Origin: Rhina ancylostomus
Taxonomy: Eukaryota
Reading direction: 5' to 3'
DNA length: 64,000 nucleotides
Assembly (NCBI GenBank): GCA_030265395.1
Contig: JARFYF010000059.1
Coordinates: 16,433,206-16,497,205 of the forward strand
Below the pieces are notes generated by a model, which saw only the letters and a program-made list of their open reading frames with translations, had not been told where the DNA came from and made no database searches. The first letter of the stretch is position 1, and every line of letters starts with the position of its first letter. Shown one piece after another: positions 60,901 through 64,000 of the stretch. The position numbers were made by a program, and so were the translations under genes.

Positions 60901-63675
60901 GGAGCTAGGGCTTTACTCTTTGGAGAGAANNNNNNNNNNNNNNNNNNNNNNNNNNNNNNNNNNNNNNNNNNNNNNNNNNNNNNNNNNNNNNNNNNNNNNN
61001 NNNNNNNNNNNNNNNNNNNNNNNNNNNNNTCAAGGGAGATATCAGAGGAAGGTTTTTTACCCAGAGAGTGGTTGGGGCATGGAATGTGCTGCCTGGGGCA
61101 GTGGTGAAGGCAGGTACATTGGTCAAATTCAAGAGATTACTAGATAGACACATGGAGGAAGTTAAAGTAGAGGGATATGTGGGAGGAAGAGGTTAGATAG
61201 TTTTAGGTGAGGTTTAAAGGTCGACACAACATTGTGGGCCGAAGGGCCTGTATTGTGCTACCCTGTTCTGTGTTCTATTTCTGATCATCTAGATTTTGTT
61301 TTCTCCTGATTCAGTCCCACAATGTTCCACAAAACCGATGCAGCACGATACACAATGGTGTTGTCTCCATCTCCTCATGATTAGCATAAAATCTGATCCA
61401 TCAGGGAAGTAGGAAATCTCCTTTTCATGGGTTTCCCAGTAGTGATTAGTCATTTCAGTCTATAGGTACCTGCTGACATGATCTTTCCATCCTTTCCTGG
61501 TGTTGGTTGAGGCCTCCTTTTCCTCCAGTCATGGTCAGGACTCAGAATAAATCTTCCCTGGAATGGCTGCAGTCACTGAGTGTCATTATCTCTTCCACCA
61601 GGGTGATGGATGCTTGTTGATTTATTAGATACACCTAGCTGTACAATTCAGAATGTAGCATTGTCATCTAACACATCAAAAAATGTTGGAACATTTCTGC
61701 ACTAAAATTGCAAACTTCAAATTTTCTGACATTTAATTAACATCCACTTCCTAATTTGTTCTCTCTCTATTCTACAATAATGACCTTGACATGTTTGATT
61801 TTACCAGTTTTAACAGGTTTTTAAAAGTAGGGAGTATTTTGAAGAGTCACAGGTTTTCCGGTTTTAATTGGTTTTTGACTGTTCTGTCTGTACATGACAT
61901 ACTAAAGCTGGAAGCAGTTCCCCTTTTAATAAATGTACTTGCTCTGCACCATTGTAATCTGTGTTTCAAGAACTCCCCATTGTTGTTCCAGTTCTATAGA
62001 ATATCTCTTTAAACCTCTTAACTAGCTCATTCCTAGTCTAATCTGGATTTATGCCTTTTGTTTTACCCTTTCTAATTGGATTCAGAACTTTATGGTGTGT
62101 TTGCCATTTTGTGGGTGCTTGCCCACAGTTGGCGCATCTACCTGAACTGCTACAGTGATTGTAACTAGATCTAGTACTACCTCTTCCCTGCTAGTTGCTC
62201 CTGCCTCGGGAGGCAGTCTTGAACATAGTTTAGAAATTTATTTACCTTCACTTCCAGGTTGCAGTTTATGGAAGTTGCTAGTTAAAAGGCATCAGGGTGG
62301 TTAAATCTGAAGATGGCAAAGGCATTTTTCATTTTAATCAGTAAAACAGCTGAAATAAGCAGGGCAATGTTGCAGAGGTGGAGCTCATCTCTGTTGAGCT
62401 AGATTCACATGTGTTAGAACGATAGATCCAAGCAGAACTAGCATCTTACAAAAGAGAACTAAGATATACCCTTGGGAATGGTCATCCGTGATGTGTGCAT
62501 TCCTTAGCATTCATAGGATGCCTCTGTGCTAGCTGTGTTCAGATGCAGTCTGCCTTGTAATACCAAAGAGNNNNNNNNNNNNNNNNNNNNNNNNNNNNNN
62601 NNNNNNNNNNNNNNNNNNNNNNNNNNNNNNNNNNNNNNNNNNNNNNNNNNNNNNNNNNNNNNNNNNNNNNACCAAAGAGCTGGAAGATTGAGAGAAATTG
62701 GAAGAAGGCAGTGTGACAAAGTGTATTGCATGTTGCTGGAATATCAGGAATGTGGCTTTGCCTTTATCCCAAGGCTGAGTGTGCATTAACAGGGCTGATT
62801 TGCTTACTCAGGAGTGGGGATTAGCCTAAATCCTGAGTGTTTTTCAGTCCCTGCAGTATTTGCTTAAATTGGGCAAGTACTGCCTTAAGCTTTAAGATCC
62901 CTTGTGACATGAGTAGGTGAGACACCACCTGCACCAGTAGCTGTGGTTGTTATTCGACTACTTCAGTCACTTCAAACCAACCCGTGTTGCTTTCTAGAAG
63001 GATTGTGAATGATTTGCATTCATGTACGACCTTCACAATTATGATGTCATGTTTTTTTTCTTTACAACTTTTGAAGTAGCCATTAATGTAACATGGAAAT
63101 CAAAAGACAATACCTGCAACAAGTCTGCACTCCTTCAGGACTGTACTACGGGTATTGTTCTACAAAGTGTGTTCAGATCTCTTGAGTGGAATTTGAGCTT
63201 GTGAGTTTCTAAGATGCAGGGGACGATATGATGGAGGTGTCTAAATGGGCCTCTTGAACCTCCTTAGCCTTTCAGATAAATCATGACTAATCCTTAACAT
63301 CACTTTTATGCCTGATCCCCAAATCCCTGCTCTTATTCTATCAGGCAAGAGAGCACTCACTTGAGCTACTTTGGTTACTGTTTAAAAGGTCAAAGCATGA
63401 CTGTTAGAACATTCACAAGGAAGAACAACAGGTTTGTGTTTTGTGCCCTGGCTGGTAATGTACAGGGTGATAACTTGCTTTACAAATGGCTAGCCCTGAT
63501 TATCAGATATGTAACTTTTTTTAAACTGGTTATCTTGTCTCCGCAATAGGATATCACACCATACATGAATCCCTGTCCATACACAGTTTCGCCAAACACA
63601 CATGTGTCTCAGGTCTTCAACTTGTTCCGTACCATGGGATTGAGACACCTTCCGGTCGTCAATGCTGTAGGAGAG
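27688..63675 (+). CDS. CLCN6: Late-endosomal Cl-/H+ exchanger ClC-6, exons 1-22 (841 codons; final exon beyond window)
   Basis: 22 exons join in frame (2523 nt). CLC signatures GSGIP, GKEGP (gating Glu), LEEG (proton Glu), GLFVP, GIYD; CBS-domain exons; ClC-6-specific N-terminus ([18 protein letters not shown]). Confidence 0.98.
28080..28760 (+). mobile_element. Highly decayed CR1 fragment
   Basis: Recognisable blocks tggcaggtggagtacaatgtagggaag, cacatggagttctgtgcattgttttgg, atgagaggtgatctcactgaa. Confidence 0.6.
29945..30004 (+). CDS. CLCN6: CLCN6 exon 2
   Basis: [20 protein letters not shown]; 60 nt. Confidence 0.95.
30885..31128 (+). mobile_element. LINE 3' tail, Rex1/Babar-like family
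   Basis: Ends ...aagtttttcactgtacctcggtacaagtgacaataataaaccgatacc, a tail I recognise from ray genomes; family assignment from memory. Confidence 0.55.
32165..32555 (+). mobile_element. Rex1/Babar-like LINE RT fragment plus 3' tail
   Basis: Decayed WILDFL..RPQSV, GAP(E/Q)[18 protein letters not shown]; tail cttgcactgtactgctgccacaaaacaacaaatttcatgaca...ataaacctgattctg. Confidence 0.7.
33052..33117 (+). CDS. CLCN6: CLCN6 exon 3
   Basis: [22 protein letters not shown]; 66 nt. Confidence 0.95.
33670..33990 (+). mobile_element. Deu-domain SINE-like remnant
   Basis: Blocks gcacagaatctaagctgatact, gaatgagatgttaaatccaagcccc, gatatttacccctca, similar to copy at 45570-45860. Confidence 0.55.
34924..34989 (+). 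CDS. CLCN6: CLCN6 exon 4
   Basis: [22 protein letters not shown]; 66 nt. Confidence 0.95.
35605..37070 (-). mobile_element. Cluster of CR1 RT fragments with an internally inverted piece (~36018-36222)
   Basis: ORF 35629-35877 ([10 protein letters not shown]...[21 protein letters not shown]); decayed YLDFQKAFD and FADDTK regions. Confidence 0.8.
37940..38110 (-). mobile_element. V-SINE/HE1-like SINE fragment
   Basis: Reverse strand reads ...catgactatgtgggtttcttcaaggtgttccactttcctcctacatcccaaagatgtgctggtaggttaattggc, typical V-domain core. Confidence 0.65.
38948..39014 (+). CDS. CLCN6: CLCN6 exon 5
   Basis: [22 protein letters not shown]; 67 nt; followed by U12-type donor GTATCCTTT. Confidence 0.93.
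39015..39394 (+). other. U12-type (minor spliceosome) GT-AG intron, CLCN6 intron 5
   Basis: Donor GTATCCTTT; branch-site-like TTTCCTTGAT at 39371-39380, 14 nt before the intron end. Confidence 0.88.
39395..39501 (+). CDS. CLCN6: CLCN6 exon 6
   Basis: [17 protein letters not shown]...LLVLIE; 107 nt. Confidence 0.95.
39778..39904 (+). CDS. CLCN6: CLCN6 exon 7
   Basis: [17 protein letters not shown]...FCVSG; 127 nt. Confidence 0.97.
40480..41320 (-). mobile_element. CR1 LINE ORF2 3' portion, frameshifted
   Basis: Consecutive ORFs [17 protein letters not shown]...[43 protein letters not shown]...[11 protein letters not shown]. Confidence 0.92.
41572..41900 (-). mobile_element. Rex1/Babar-like LINE 3' RT fragment
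   Basis: Reverse strand contains caccatagaaagcatcctatccagatgcatcacagcttggtgtggcaactgctctg (TIESILS.CITAW.GNCS). Confidence 0.75.
42260..42327 (+). CDS. CLCN6: CLCN6 exon 8
   Basis: [23 protein letters not shown]; 68 nt. Confidence 0.97.
43265..43323 (+). CDS. CLCN6: CLCN6 exon 9
   Basis: [20 protein letters not shown]; 59 nt. Confidence 0.95.
44737..44869 (+). CDS. CLCN6: CLCN6 exon 10
   Basis: [44 protein letters not shown]; 133 nt. Confidence 0.97.
45170..45283 (+). CDS. CLCN6: CLCN6 exon 11
   Basis: [17 protein letters not shown]...LLNFGEFK; 114 nt. Confidence 0.96.
45570..45860 (+). mobile_element. tRNA-head Deu-domain SINE-like element
   Basis: Decayed tRNA-like head (gtctcagtgggt...ggctcaagact) followed by gagacttgagcacaaaatcaaggctgaca and gcagattatctggttatc. 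Confidence 0.62.
45912..45982 (+). repeat. Tandem duplication, 36-bp period
   Basis: gtttgtctttgttgctctgtttctgtttccctatg at 45912 and 45948. Confidence 0.9.
46628..46794 (+). CDS. CLCN6: CLCN6 exon 12
   Basis: [16 protein letters not shown]...HPKAKFVR; 167 nt; AAG acceptor. Confidence 0.95.
46975..48830 (-). mobile_element. Long decayed LINE (CR1/L2-group) RT region
   Basis: ORF remnant [31 protein letters not shown]; many stops and frameshifts. Confidence 0.65.
49200..49320 (+). CDS. CLCN6: CLCN6 exon 13
   Basis: [12 protein letters not shown]...LGECRE...NATLQ; 121 nt. Confidence 0.94.
50640..50766 (+). CDS. CLCN6: CLCN6 exon 14
   Basis: [42 protein letters not shown]; 127 nt. Confidence 0.96.
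51386..51539 (+). CDS. CLCN6: CLCN6 exon 15
   Basis: GTFSPVTL...[25 protein letters not shown]; 154 nt. Confidence 0.97.
51823..51982 (+). CDS. CLCN6: CLCN6 exon 16
   Basis: [14 protein letters not shown]...[14 protein letters not shown]; 160 nt. Confidence 0.97.
52100..52510 (+). mobile_element. Decayed CR1 3' end
   Basis: tttttaaggcagaaatagatggattcttg...cttgatcttactgaatggcagagcaggcttg tail. Confidence 0.65.
52790..52896 (+). CDS. CLCN6: CLCN6 exon 17
   Basis: [36 protein letters not shown]; 107 nt. Confidence 0.97.
53401..53587 (+). CDS. CLCN6: CLCN6 exon 18 (CBS1)
   Basis: [24 protein letters not shown]...SNNIKFK; 187 nt. Confidence 0.97.
56400..56740 (-). mobile_element. Deu-domain SINE-like remnant
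   Basis: Reverse-orientation counterpart of 45570-45860 blocks (cagtactacactggga...gtgtggataatgcactaaattctctggagtggga). Confidence 0.5.
56970..57127 (+). CDS. CLCN6: CLCN6 exon 19
   Basis: [28 protein letters not shown]...QQMLERR; 158 nt. Confidence 0.96.
57974..58130 (+). CDS. CLCN6: CLCN6 exon 20
   Basis: [37 protein letters not shown]...YSETHS; 157 nt. Confidence 0.97.
58971..59078 (+). CDS. CLCN6: CLCN6 exon 21
   Basis: [36 protein letters not shown]; 108 nt. Confidence 0.96.
59100..60075 (-). mobile_element. Penelope-like element fragment with inverted terminal (pLTR-type) repeat at 59937-60075
   Basis: Minus strand near 59690-59795 reads approximately [28 protein letters not shown] (PLE RT C-terminal motif YxKPTDxHxYLxYxSxHP); adjacent repeat carries hammerhead-like core. 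Confidence 0.78.
59937..59974 (+). ncRNA. Degenerate type I hammerhead ribozyme motif (probably inactive)
   Basis: cagcc-CTGAAGA-A-GGGTC-ct-GACCC-AAAAT-GTT-gactg: stem I (4/5 pairs), core CUGANGA, stem II; GAAAC decayed to AAAAT. Confidence 0.55.
60770..61280 (+). mobile_element. CR1 LINE 3' fragment
   Basis: [47 protein letters not shown] plus tail tgggccgaagggcctgtattgtgcta...ttctatt. Confidence 0.9.
63550..63675 (+). CDS. CLCN6: CLCN6 exon 22 (CBS2)
   Basis: [42 protein letters not shown]; 126 nt; gtgagt donor. Confidence 0.97.
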
Positions 63676-64000
63676 GTGAGTTGAGGGATGGGGAATCCCT
63701 GATAATACATGGGATCAGTGGGAATTATATTGGGGAAATGGGTCAGTGAGGATATTTGGTGAGGCTAGAGGCAGGTACTGTGTAATATTTTGGCACTGGG
63801 GGAAGGTGAATGGGCATGTGTAAGAAATTTTAGTGGAGGTATATCAAGAGTTTTTCTATGGAAATGATGAAATCCCTTCTATGAAATGACATGATTGGTT
63901 GGTTTTCCTCTGATTACCTGTAGGAATTGAGATAGAGTTTCTTTGGGTTCTCCTCAAGGGAAATTAATGATATCAGTTAACATGTATAATGGCATCATCT

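Noticed and set aside
62561-62680. accaaagag on both sides of a gap (similarly attcattcacagg around 16597-16599)
   Set aside because: Looks like a TSD but is most simply contig-end overlap at an assembly gap.
1-64000. CRISPR arrays, operons, rRNA, tRNA or snoRNA genes
   Set aside because: Eukaryotic intron-rich locus; no repeat-spacer arrays or intact structured RNA genes recognised by eye. Only decayed SINE tRNA-like heads; an Infernal/Rfam scan would be needed to exclude small intronic RNAs.

Overview
Vertebrate genomic DNA from a gapped draft assembly. The repeat complement (CR1, Rex1/Babar-like, Penelope-like, Deu-domain and V/HE1-like SINEs) points to a cartilaginous fish, probably a batoid; this is inference. 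The window holds the conserved C1orf167-MTHFR-CLCN6 block. (1) The last 7 coding exons of a SFI1-repeat-like, probable C1orf167 orthologue on + (1021-6582). (2) A complete 11-coding-exon MTHFR on - (23150-14147, 654 aa). (3) CLCN6 exons 1-22 on + (27688-63675; last exon beyond the window), head-to-head with MTHFR across a CpG-island promoter. All exons were joined by hand with GT-AG boundaries and continuous frame. I see no convincing new multi-gene system. Most notable details: Ser at the MTHFR position equivalent to human A222 (C677T site), a U12-type intron in CLCN6, a TGTTA...TAACA long-TIR element with a 4-bp TSD (Ginger-like MITE), a decayed hammerhead ribozyme in a Penelope-like terminal repeat, a candidate poison exon in CLCN6, CLEAR-like E-boxes in the shared promoter, and a ~270-bp intronic duplication beside a Gypsy relic. 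Comparisons to human sequences and repeat-family names are from memory, not database searches.
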